A stretch of 64,000 bases of DNA, taken from Paragordius varius. Lineage: Eukaryota > Animalia > Nematomorpha. The stretch is taken from contig OZ176052.1 in assembly GCA_964247055.1 (NCBI GenBank), positions 13,578,001 to 13,642,000 of the forward strand. The letters are read 5' to 3'. Position 1 is the first letter of the stretch. The number at the start of each line of letters is the position of its first letter. Below the pieces are notes generated by a model. The model saw only the letters and a list, made by a program, of their open reading frames with translations, did no database searches and had not been told where the DNA came from. Of the stretch, positions 41,601 to 55,000 are shown in pieces. A program made the position numbers and the translations under genes.

Positions 41601-44600
41601 GATTTTAGGTAGCCATTTTTATTTTTAAAATCGTATAAAATAAATTTTTTAAATATTTAAAAAATTCAAAAAAATTACATTTAAAGTCCGATCTCAAAAA
41701 TATTTGGGGTTATGATGGAACTACCATAGGGCTACCCAAAAAACATTATGGCGACATCACCTGATCAAATTTGGATTTTAGGTAGCCATTTTTATTTTTA
41801 AAATCGTATAAAATAAATTTTTTAAATATTTAAAAAATTCATAAAAATTACATTTATAGTCCGATCTCGACAATATTTGGGGTGATGATGGAACTACCAT
41901 AGAGCTACGCAGAAAAAATTATGGCGACATCACCTGATCAAATTTGGATTTTAGGTAGCCATTTTTATTTTTAAAATCGTATAAAATAAATTTTTTAAAT
42001 ATTTAAAAAATTCATAAAAATAACATTTATACTCCGATCTCGAAAATATTTGGGGTGATGATGGAACTACCATAGGGCTACCCAAAAAAAATTATGGTGA
42101 CATCACCTGATCAAATTTGGATTTTAGGTAGCCATTTTTATTTTTAAAATCGTATAAAATAAATTTTTTAAATATTTAAAAAATTCAAAAAAATTACATT
42201 TAAAGTCCGATCTCAAAAATATTTGGGGTTATGATGGAACTACCATAGGGCTACCCAAAAAACATTATGGCGACATCACCTGATCAAATTTGGATTTTAG
42301 GTAGCCATTTTTATTTTTAAAATCGTATAAAATAAATTTTTTAAATATTTAAAAAATTCAAAAAAATAACATTTAAAGTCCGATCTCAAAAATATTTGGG
42401 GTTATGATGGAACTACCATAGGGCTACCCAAAAAAAATTATGGCGACATCACCTGATCAAATTTGGATTTTAGGTAGCCATTTTTATTTTTAAAATCGTA
42501 TAAAATAAATTTTTTAAATATTTAAAAAATTCAAAAAAATTACATTTATACTCCGATCTCGACAATATTTGGGGTGATGATGGAACTACCATAGGGCTAC
42601 CCAAAAAAAATTATGGTGACATCACCTGATCAAATTTGGATTTTAGGTAGCCATTTTTATTTTTAAAATCGTATAAAATAAATTTTTTAAATATTAAAAA
42701 AATTCATAAAAATTACATTTGTAGTCCGATCCCCAAAGTATTTGGGGTGATGATGGAACTACCATAGGGCTACCCAAAAAAAATTATGGTGACATCACCT
42801 GATCAAATTTGGATTTTAGGTAGCCATTTTTATTTTTAAAATCGTATAAAATAATATTTTTAAATATTAAAAAAATTCATAAAAATTACATTTATAGTCC
42901 GATCCCCAAAGTATTTGGGGTGATGATGGAACTACCATAGGGCTACCCAAAAAAATTATAGTGACATCACCTGATCAAATTTGGATTTTAGGTAGCCATT
43001 TTTATTTTTAAAATCGTATAAAATAAATTTTTTAAATATTTAAAAAATTCATAAAAATTACATTTATAGTCCGATCCCCAAAATATTTGGGGTGATGATG
43101 GAACAACCATAGGGCTACGCAAAAAAATTTATGGCGACATCACCTGATCAAATTTGGATTTTAGGTAGCCATTTTTATTTTTTAAATCGTATAAAATAAA
43201 TTTTTTAAATATTTAAAAAATTCATAAAAATTACATTTATACTCCGATCTCGACAATATTTGGGGTGATGATGGAACTACCATAGGGCTACCCAAAAAAA
43301 ATTATAGTGACATCACCTGATCAAATTTGGATTTTAGGTAGCCATTTTTATTTTTAAAATCGTATAAAATAAATTTTTTAAATATTTAAAAAATTCATAA
43401 AAATTACATTTATAGTCCGATCCCCAAAATATTTGGGGTGATGATGGAATTACCATAGGGCTACCCAAAAAAAATTATGGTGACATCACCTGATCAAATT
43501 TGGATTTTAGGTAGCCATTTTTATTTTTATCGTATAAAATAAATTTTTTAAATATTTAAAAAATTCAAAAAAATAACATTTAAAGTCCGATCTCAAAAAT
43601 ATTTGGGGTTATGATGGAACTACCATAGGGCTACCCAAAAAAAATTATGGCGACATCACCTGATCAAATTTGGATTTTAGGTAGCCATTTTTATTTTTAA
43701 AATCGTATAAAATAAATTTTTTAAATATTTAAAAAATTCAAAAAAATTACATTTATACTCCGATCTCGACAATATTTGGGGTGATGATGGAACTACCATA
43801 GGGCTACCCAAAAAAAATTATGGTGACATCACCTGATCAAATTTGGATTTTAGGTAGCCATTTTTATTTTTAAAATCGTATAAAATAAATTTTTTAAATA
43901 TTAAAAAAATTCATAAAAATTACATTTGTAGTCCGATCCCCAAAGTATTTGGGGTGATGATGGAACTACCATAGGGCTACCCAAAAAAAATTATGGTGAC
44001 ATCACCTGATCAAATTTGGATTTTAGGTAGCCATTTTTATTTTTAAAATCGTATAAAATAATATTTTTAAATATTAAAAAAATTCATAAAAATTACATTT
44101 ATAGTCCGATCCCCAAAGTATTTGGGGTGATGATGGAACTACCATAGGGCTACCCAAAAAAATTATAGTGACATCACCTGATCAAATTTGGATTTTAGGT
44201 AGCCATTTTTATTTTTAAAATCGTATAAAATAAATTTTTTAAATATTTAAAAAATTCATAAAAATTACATTTATAGTCCGATCCCCAAAATATTTGGGGT
44301 GATGATGGAACAACCATAGGGCTACGCAAAAAAAATTATGGCGACATCACCTGATCAAATTTGGATTTTAGGTAGCCATTTTTATTTTTTAAATCGTATA
44401 AAATAAATTTTTTAAATATTTAAAAAATTCATAAAAATTACATTTATACTCCGATCTCGACAATATTTGGGGTGATGATGGAACTACCATAGGGCTACCC
44501 AAAAAAAATTATAGTGACATCACCTGATCAAATTTGGATTTTAGGTAGCCATTTTTATTTTTAAAATCGTATAAAATAAATTTTTTAAATATTTAAAAAA

Positions 44601-47450
44601 TTCATAAAAATTACATTTATAGTCCGATCCCCAAAATATTTGGGGTGATGATGGAATTACCATAGGGCTACCCAAAAAAAATTATGGTGACATCACCTGA
44701 TCAAATTTGGATTTTAGGTAGCCATTTTTATTTTTATCGTATAAAATAAATTTTTTAAATATTTAAAAAATTCATAAAAATTACATTTATACTCCGATCT
44801 CGACAATATTTGGGGTGATGATGGAACTACCATAGGGCTACCCAAAAAAAATTATAGTGACATCACCTGATCAAATTTGGATTTTAGGTAGCCATTTTTA
44901 TTTTTAAAATCGTATAAAATAAATTTTTTAAATATTTAAAAAATTCATAAAAATTACATTTATACTCCGATCTCGACAATATTTGGGGTGATGATGGAAC
45001 TACCATAGGGCTACCCAAAAAAAATTATAGTGACATCACCTGATAAAATTTGGATTTTAGGTAGCCATTTTTATTTTTAAAATCGTATAAAATAAATTTT
45101 TTAAATATTTAAAAAATTCATAAAAATTACATTTATAGTCCGATCTCGACAATATTTGGGGTGATGATGGAATTATTATAGGGCTACCCAAAAAAAATTA
45201 TGGTGACATCACCTGATCAAATTTGGATTTTAGGTAGCCATTTTTATTTTTAAAATCGTATAAAATAAATTTTTTAAATATTTAAAAAATTCATAAAAAT
45301 TACATTTATACTCCGATCTCGAAAATATTTGGGGTGATGATGGAACTACCATAGGGCTACCCAAAAAAAATTATAGTGACATCACCTGATCAAATTTGGA
45401 TTTTAGGTAACCATTTTTATTTTTAATATCGTATAAAATAAATTTTTTAAATATTTAAAAAATTCATAAAAATTACATTTATAGTCCGATCCCCAAAATA
45501 TTTGGGGTGATGATGGAACTACCAAAGGGCTACCCAAAAAAAATTATAGTGACATCACCTGATCAAATTTGGATTTTAGGTAGCCATTTTTATTTTTAAA
45601 ATCGTATAAAATAAATTTTTTAAATATTTAAAAAATTCATAAAAATTACATTTATAGTCCGATCTCGACAATATTTGGGGTGATGATGGAATTACCATAG
45701 GGCTACCCAAAAAAAATTATGGTGACATCACCTGATCAAATTTGGTCTTTAGGTAGCCATTTTTATTTTTAAAATCGTATAAAATAAATTTTTTAAATTT
45801 TTAAAAAATTCATAAAAAATACATTTATACTCCGATCTCGATAATATTTGGGGTGATGATGGAACTACCTGAGGGCTACGCAAAAAAAATTATGGTGACA
45901 TCACCTGATCAAATTTGGATTTTAGGTAGCCATTTTTATTTTTAAAATCGTATAAAATAAATTTTTTAAATATTTAAAAAATTCATAAAAATTACATTTA
46001 TACTCCGATCTCGACAATATTTGGGGTGATGATGGAACTACCATAGGGCTACCCAAAAAAAATTATAGTGACATCACCTGATCAAATTTGGATTTTAGGT
46101 AGCCATTTTTATTTTTAAAATCGTACAAAATAAATTTTTTAAATATTTAAAAAATTCATAAAAATTACATTTATACTCCGATCTCGACAATATTTGGGGT
46201 GATGATGGAACTACCATAGGGCTACCCAAAAAAAATTATAGTGACATCACCTGATAAAATTTGGATTTTAGGTAGCCATTTTTATTTTTAAAATCGTATA
46301 AAATAAATTTTTTAAATATTTAAAAAATTCATAAAAATTACATTTATAGTCCGATCTCGACAATATTTGGGGTGATGATGGAATTACCATAGGGCTACCC
46401 AAAAAAAATTATGGTGACATCACCTGATCAAATTTGGATTTTAGGTAGCCATTTTTATTTTTAAAATCGTATAAAATAAATTTTTTAAATATTTAAAAAA
46501 TTCATAAAAATTACATTTATACTCCGATCTCGAAAATATTTGGGGTGATGATGGAACTACCATAGGGCTACCCAAAAAAAATTATAGTGACATCACCTGA
46601 TCAAATTTGGATTTTAGGTAACCATTTTTATTTTTAATATCGTATAAAATAAATTTTTTAAATATTTAAAAAATTCATAAAAATTACATTTATAGGCCGA
46701 TCCCCAAAATATTTGGGGTGATGATGGAACTACCATAGGGCTACCCAAAAAAAATTATAGTGACATCACCTGATCAAATTTGGATTTTAGGTAGCCATTT
46801 TTATTTTTAAAATCGTATAAAATAAATTTTTTAAATATTTAAAAAATTTATAAAAATTACATTTATAGTCCGATCTCGACAATATTTGGGGTGATGATGG
46901 AATTACCATAAGGCTACCCAAAAAAAATTATGGTGACATCACCTGATCAAATTTGGATTTTAGGTAGCCATTTTTATTTTTAAAATCGTATAAAATAAAT
47001 TTTTTAAATTTTTAAAAAATTCATAAAAATTACATTTATACTCCGATCTCGACAATATTTGGGGTGATGATGGAACTACCATAGGGCTACCCAAAAAAAA
47101 TTATAGTGACATCACCTGATAAAATTTGGATTTTAGGTAGCCATTTTTATTTTTAAAATCGTATAAAATAAATTTTTTAAATATTTAAAAAATTCATAAA
47201 AATTACATTTATAGTCCGATCTCGACAATATTTGGGGTGATGATGGAATTACCATAGGGCTACCCAACAAAAATTATGGTGACATCACCTGATCAAATTT
47301 GGATTTTAGGTAGCCATTTTTATTTTTAAAATCGTATAAAATAAATTTTTTAAATATTTAAAAAATTCATAAAAATTACATTTATACTCCGATCTCGAAA
47401 ATATTTGGGGTGATGATGGAACTACCATAGGGCTACCCAAAAAAAATTAT
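38930..47450. repeat. Dispersed duplication: ~38.9-40.55 kb vs ~45.85-47.45 kb (offset 6907 bp, 40 monomers)
   Basis: CGTACAAA (39219/46126), TTTATAAAA (39943/46850), CCAACAAAA (40361/47268). Confidence 0.85.
42328..44741. repeat. Tandem duplication of a 7-monomer unit (1207 bp)
   Basis: AATAACATTTAAAG (42367/43574), TTTGTAG (42721/43928), TTTTTATCG deletion (43531/44738). Confidence 0.9.
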
Positions 47451-50400
47451 AGTGACATCACCTGATCAAATTTGGATTTTAGGTAACCATTTTTATTTTT
47501 AATATCGTATAAAATAAATTTTTTAAATATTTAAAAAATTCATAAAAATTACATTTATAGTCCGATCCCCAAAATATTTGGGGTGATGATGGAACTACCA
47601 TAGGGCTACCCAAAAAAAATTATAGTGACATCACCTGATCAAATTTGGATTTTAAGTAGCCATTTTTATTTTTAAAATCGTATAAAATAAATTTTTTAAA
47701 TATTTAAAAAATTCATAAAAATTACATTTATAGTCCGATCTCGACAATATTTGGGGTGATGATGGAATTACCATAGGGCTACCCAAAAAAAATTATGGTG
47801 ACATCACCTGATCAAATTTGGATTTTAGGTAGCCATTTTTATTTTTAAAATCGTATAAAATAAATTTTTTAAATATTTAAAAAATTCATAAAAAATACAT
47901 TTATACTCCGATCTCGAAAATATTTGGGGTGATGATGGAACTACCATAGGGCTACCCAAAAAAAATTATAGTGACATCACCTGATCAAATTTGGATTTTA
48001 GGTAACCATTTTTATTTTTAATATCGTATAAAATAAATTTTTTAAATATTTAAAAAATTCATAAAAATTACATTTATAGTCCGATCCCCAAAATATTTGG
48101 GGTGATGATGGAACTACCATAGGGCTACCCAAGAAAAATTATGTCGACATCACCTGATCAAATTTGGACTTTAGGTAGCCATTTTTATTTTTAAAATCGT
48201 ATAAAATATTTTAAATTTTTAAAAAATTCATAAAAATTACATTTATACTCCGATCTCGAAAATATTTGGGGTGATGATGGAACTACCATAGGGCTACGCA
48301 AAAAAAATTATGGTGACATCACCTGATCAAATTTGGATTTTAGGTAGCCATTTTTATTTTTAAAATCGTATAAAATAAATTTTTTAAATATTTAAAAAAT
48401 TCATAAAAATTACATTTATACTCCGATCTCGAAAATATTTGGGGTGATGATGCAACTACCATAGGGCTACGCAAAAAAAATTATGGTGACATCACCTGAT
48501 CAAATTTGGATTTTAGGTAGCCATTTTATTTTTAAAATCGGATAAAATAATTTTTTTAAATATTTAAAAAATTCATAAAAATTACATTTATACTCCGATC
48601 TCGACAATATTTGGGGTGATGATGGAACTACCATAGGGCTACCCAAAAAAAATTATAGTGACATCACCTGATAAAATTTGGATTTTAGGTAGCCATTTTT
48701 ATTTTTAAAATCGTATAAAATAAATTTTTTAAATATTTAAAAAATTCATAAAAATTACATTTATAGTCCGATCTCGACAATATTTGGGGTGATGATGGAA
48801 TTACCATAGGGCTACCCAAAAAAAATTATGGTGACATCACCTGATCAAATTTGGATTTTAGGTAGCCATTTTTATTTTTAAAATCGTATAAAATAAATTT
48901 TTTAAATATTTAAAAAATTCATAAAAATTACATTTATACTCCGATCTCGAAAATATTTGGGGTGATGATGGAACTACCATAGGGCTAGCCAAAAAAAATT
49001 ATAGTGACATCACCTGATCAAATTTGGATTTTAGGTAACCATTTTTATTTTTAATATCGTATAAAATAAATTTTTTAAATATTTAAAAAATTCATAAAAA
49101 TTACATTTATAGTCCGATCCCCAAAATATTTGGGGTGATGATGGAACTACCATAGGGCTACCCAAAAAAAATTATAGTGACATCACCTGATCAAATTTGG
49201 ATTTTAGGTAGCCATTTTTATTTTTAAAATCGTATAAAATAAATTTTTTAAATATTTAAAAAATTCATAAAAATTACATTTATAGTCCGATCTCGACAAT
49301 ATTTGGGGTGATGATGGAATTACCATAGGGATACCCAAAAAAAATTATGGTGACATCACCTGATCAAATTTGGATTTTAGGTAGCCATTTTTATTTTTAA
49401 AATCGTATAAAATAAATTTTTTAAATATTTAAAAAATTCATAAAAATTACATTTATACTCCGATCTCGAAAATATTTGGGGTGATGATGGAACTACCATA
49501 GGGCTACCCAAAAAAAATTATAGTGACATCACCTGATCAAATTTGGATTTTAGGTAACCATTTTTATTTTTAATATCGTATAAAATAAATTTTTTAAATA
49601 TTTAAAAAATTCATAAAAATTACATTTATAGTCCGATCCCCAAAATATTTGGGGTGATGATGACCATAGGGCTACCCAAAAAAAATTATAGTGACATCAC
49701 CTGATCAAATTTGGATTTTAGGTAGCCATTTTTATTTTTAAAATCGTATAAAATAAATTTTTTAAATATTTAAAAAATTCATAAAAATTACATTTATAGT
49801 CCGATCTCGACAATATTTGGGGTGATGATGGAATTACCATAGGGCTACCCAAAAAAAATTATGGTGACATCACCTGATCAAATTTGGACTTTAGGTAGCC
49901 ATTTTTATTTTTAAAATCGTATAAAATAAATTTTTTAAATTTTTAAAAAATTCATAAAAATTACATTTATACTCCGATCTCGAAAATATTTGGGGTGATG
50001 ATGGAACTACCATAGGGCTACGCAAAAAAAATTATGGTGACATCACCTGATCAAATTTGGATTTTAGGTTGCCATTTTTATTTTTAATATCGTATAAAAT
50101 AAATTTTTTAAATATTTAAAAAATTCATAAAAATTACATTTATAGTCCGATCCCCAAAATATTTGGGGTGATGATGGAACTACCATAGGGCTACCCAAAA
50201 AAAATTATAGTGACATCACCTGATCAAATTTGGATTTTAGGTAGCCATTTTTATTTTTAAAATCGTATAAAATAAATTTTTTAAATATTTAAAAAATTCA
50301 TAAAAATTACATTTATAGTCCGATCTCGACAATATTTGGGGTGATGATGGAATTACCATAGGGATACCCAAAAAAAATTATGGTGACATCACCTGATCAA

Positions 50401-51700
50401 ATTTGGATTTTAGGTAGCCATTTTTATTTTTAAAATCGTATAAAATAAATTTTTTAAATATTTAAAAAATTCATAAAAATTACATTTATACTCCGATCTC
50501 GAAAATATTTGGGGTGATGATGGAACTACCATAGGGCTACCCAAAAAAAATTATAGTGACATCACCTGATCAAATTTGGATTTTAGGTAACCATTTTTAT
50601 TTTTAATATCGTATAAAATAAATTTTTTAAATATTTAAAAAATTCATAAAAATTACATTTATAGTCCGATCCCCAAAATATTTGGGGTGATGATGACCAT
50701 AGGGCTACCCAAAAAAAATTATAGTGACATCACCTGATCAAATTTGGATTTTAGGTAGCCATTTTTATTTTTAAAATCGTATAAAATAAATTTTTTAAAT
50801 ATTTAAAAAATTCATAAAAATTACATTTATAGTCCGATCTCGACAATATTTGGGGTGATGATGGAATTACCATAGGGCTACCCAAAAAAAATTATGGTGA
50901 CATCACCTGATCAAATTTGGACTTTAGGTAGCCATTTTTATTTTTAAAATCGTATAAAATAAATTTTTTAAATATTTAAAAAATTCATAAAAATTACATT
51001 TATAGTCCGATCTCGAAAATATTTAGGGTGATGATGGAACTACCATAGGGCTACCCAAAAAAAATTATGGTGACATCACCTGATCAAATTTGGATTTGTA
51101 GCCATTTTTATTTTTAAAATCGTATAAAATAAATTTTTTAAATATTTAAAAAATTCATAAAAATTACATTTATAGTCCGATCTCGACAATATTTGGGGTG
51201 ATGATGGAATTACCATAGGGCTACCCAAAAAAAATTATGGTGACATCACCTGATCAAATTTGGATTTTAGGTAGCCATTTTTATTTTTAAAATCGTATAA
51301 AATAAATTTTTTAAATATTTAAAAAATTCATAAAAATTACATTTATACTCCGATCTCGAAAATATTTGGGGTGATGATGGAACTACCATAGGGCTACCCA
51401 AAAAAAATTATAGTGACATCATCTGATCAAATTTGGATTTTAGGTAACCATTTTTATTTTTAATATCGTATAAAATAAATTTTTTAAATATTTAAAAAAT
51501 TCATAAAAATTACATTTATAGTCCGATCCCCAAAATATTTGGGGTGATGATGGAACTACCATAGGGCTACCCAAAAAAAATTATAGTGACATCACCTGAT
51601 CAAATTTGGATTTTAGGTAGCCATTTTTATTTTTAAAATCGAATAAAATAAATTTTTTAAATATTTAAAAAATTCATAAAAATTACATTTATAGTCCGAT
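47230..51700. repeat. Region with 3-monomer (519 bp) pattern and a 6-monomer (1033 bp) tandem duplication
   Basis: AGGTAACC at 47481/48000 and 49033/49552/50585. GAACT deletion (TGACCATAGG) at 49661/50694; GGGATACCC at 49331/50364. Confidence 0.82.
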
Positions 51701-52049
51701 CTCGAAAATATTTGGCGTGATGATGGAACTACCATAGGGCTACCCAAAAAAAATTATGGTGACATTACCTGATCAAATTTGGATTTTAGGTAGCCATTTT
51801 TATTTTTAAAATCGTATAAAATAAATTTTTTAAATATTTAAAAAATTCATAAAAATTACATTTATAGTCCGATCTCGACAATATTTGGGGTGATGATGGA
51901 ATTACCATAGGGCTACCCAAAAAAAATTATGGTGACATCACCTGATCAAATTTGGATTTTAGGTAGCCATTTTTATTTTTAATATCGTATAAAATAAATT
52001 TTTTAAATATTTAAAAAATTCATAAAAATTACATTTATAGTCCGATCCC

Positions 52050-55000
52050 CAAAATATTTGGGGTGATGATGGAACAACCATAGGGCTACGCAAAAAAAAT
52101 TATGGCGACATAACCTGATAAAATTTGGATTTTAGGTAGCCATTTTTATTTTTAAAATCGTATAAAATAAATTTTTTAAATATTTAAAAAATTCATAAAA
52201 ATTACATTTATAGTCCGATCTCGAAAATATTTGGGGTGATGATGGAACTACCATAGGGCTACCCAAAAAAAATTATGGTGACATCACCTGATCAAATTTG
52301 GATTTTAGGTAGCCATTTTTATTTTTAAAATCGTATAAAATAAATTTTTTAAATATTTAAAAAATTCATAAAAATTACATTTATACTCCGATCTCGAAAA
52401 TATTTGGGGTGATGATGGAACTACCATAGGGCTACCCAAAAAAAATTATAGTGACATCACCTGATCAAATTTGGATTTTAGGTAGCCATTTATATTTTTA
52501 AAATCGTATAAAATAAATTTTTTAAATATTTAAAAAATTCATAAAAATTACATTTATACTCCGATCTCGACAATATTTGGGGTGATGATGGAACTACCAT
52601 AGGGCTACCCAAAAAAAATTATAGTGACATCACCTATTCAAATTTGGATTTTAGGTAGCCATTTTTATTTTTAAAATCGTATAAAATAAATTTTTTAAAT
52701 ATTTAAAAAATTCATAAAAATTACATTTATAGTCCGATCCCCAAAATATTTGGGGTGATGATGGAACAACCATAGGGCTACGCAAAAAAAATTATGGCGA
52801 CATCACCTGATCAAATTTGGATTTTAGGTAGCCATTTTTATTTTTAAAATCGTATAAAATAAATTTTTTAAATATTTAAAAAATTCAAAAAAATTACATT
52901 TATACTCCGATCTCGAAAATAATTGGGGTGATGATGGAACTACTATAGAGCTATCCAAAAAAAATTATGGTGACATCACCTGATCAAATTTGGATTTTAG
53001 GTAGCCATTTTTATTTTTAAAATCGTATAAAATAAATTTTTAAATATTTAAAAAATTCATAAAAATTACATTTATACTCCGATCTCGAAAATATTTGGGG
53101 TGATGATGGAACTACCATAGGGCTACCCAAAAAAAATTATAGTGACATCACCTGATCAAATTTGGATTTTAGGCAGCCATTTTTATTTTTAAAATCGTAT
53201 AAAATAAATTTTTTAAATATTTAAAAAATTCATAAAAATTACATTTATAGTCCGATCCCCAAAATATTTGGGGTGATGATGGAACAACCATAGGGCTACG
53301 CAAAAAAAATTATAGTGACATCACCTGATCAAATTTGGATTTTAGGTAGCCATTTTTATTTTTAAAATCGTATAAAATAAATTTTTAAATATTTAAAAAA
53401 TTCATAAAAATTACATTTATACTCCGATCTCGAAAATATTTGGGGTGATGATGGAACTACCATAGGGCTACCCAAAAAAAATTATAGTGACATCACCTGA
53501 TCAAATTTGGATTTTAGGCAGCCATTTTTATTTTTAAAATCGTATAAAATAAATTTTTTAAATATTTAAAAAATTCATAAAAATTACATTTATAGTCCGA
53601 TCCCCAAAATATTTGGGGTGATGATGGAACAACCATAGGGCTACGCAAAAAAAATTATGGCGACATCACCTGATAAAATTTGGATTTTAGGTAGCCATTT
53701 TTATTTTTAAAATCGTATAAAATAAATTTTTTAAATATTTAAAAAATTCAAAAAAATTACATTTATACTCCGATCTCGAAAATATTTGGGGTGATGATGG
53801 AACTACCATAGGGCTACCCAAAAAAAATTATGGTGACATCACCTGATCAAATTTGGACTTTAGGTAGCCATTTTTATTTTTAAAATCGTATAAAATAAAT
53901 TTTTTAAATTTTTAAAAAATTCATAAAAATTACATTTATACTCCGATCTCGAAAATATTTGGGGTGATGATGGAACTACCATAGGGCTACGCAAAAAAAA
54001 TTATGGTGACATCACCTGATCAAATTTGGATTTTAGGTAGCCATTTTTATTTTTAAAATCGTATAAAATAAATTTTTTAAATATTTAAAAAATTCATAAA
54101 AATTATATTTATAGTCCGATCCCCAAAATATTTGGGGTGATGATGGAACAACCATAGGGCTACGCAAAAAAAATTATGGCGACATCACCTGATCAAATTT
54201 GGATTTTAGGTAGCCATTTTTATTTTTAAAATCGTATAAAATAAATTTTTTAAATATTTAAAAAATTCAAAAAAATTACATTTATACTCCGATCTCGAAA
54301 ATATTTGGGGTGATGATGGAACTACCATAGGGCTACCCAAAAAAAATTATGGCGACATCACCTGATCAAATTTGGATTTTAGGTAGCCATTTTTATTTTT
54401 AAAATCGTATAAAATAAATTTTTAAATATTTAAAAAATTCATAAAAATTACATTTATACTCCGATCTCGAAAATATTTGGGGTGATGATGGAACTACCAT
54501 AAGGCTACCCAAAAAAAATTATGGTGACATCACCTGATCAAATTTGGATTTTAGGTAACCATTTTTATATTTAATATCGTATAAAATAAATTTTTTAAAT
54601 ATTTAAAAAATTCATAAAAATTACATTTATACTCCGATCTCGAAAATATTTGGCGTGATGATGGAACTACCATAGGGCTACCCAAAAAAAATTATGGTGA
54701 CATCACCTGATCAAATTTGGATTTTAGGTAGCCAGTTATATTTTTAAAATCGTATAAAATAAATTTTTTAAATATTTAAAAAATTCATATAAATTACATT
54801 TATACTCCGATCTCGACAATTGGGGTGATGATGGAACTACCATAGGGCTACCCAAAAAAAATTATGGTGACATCACCTGATCAAATTTGGATTTTAGGTA
54901 GCCATTTTTATTTTTAAAATCGTATAAAATAAATTTTTTAAATATTTAAAAAATTCAAAAAAATTACATTTATACTCCGATCTCGAAAATATTTGGGGTG

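Larger units (their letters stand above)
32900..45790. repeat. Dispersed duplication: ~32.9-35.8 kb copied at ~41.7-45.8 kb (offset 8805 bp, 10012 bp after an internal 1207-bp duplication)
   Basis: GCAGAAA (33107/41912); TTTGTAGTCC (33916/42721/43928); CAAAGGG (35511/45523); TGGTCTTT (35731/45743). Confidence 0.9.
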
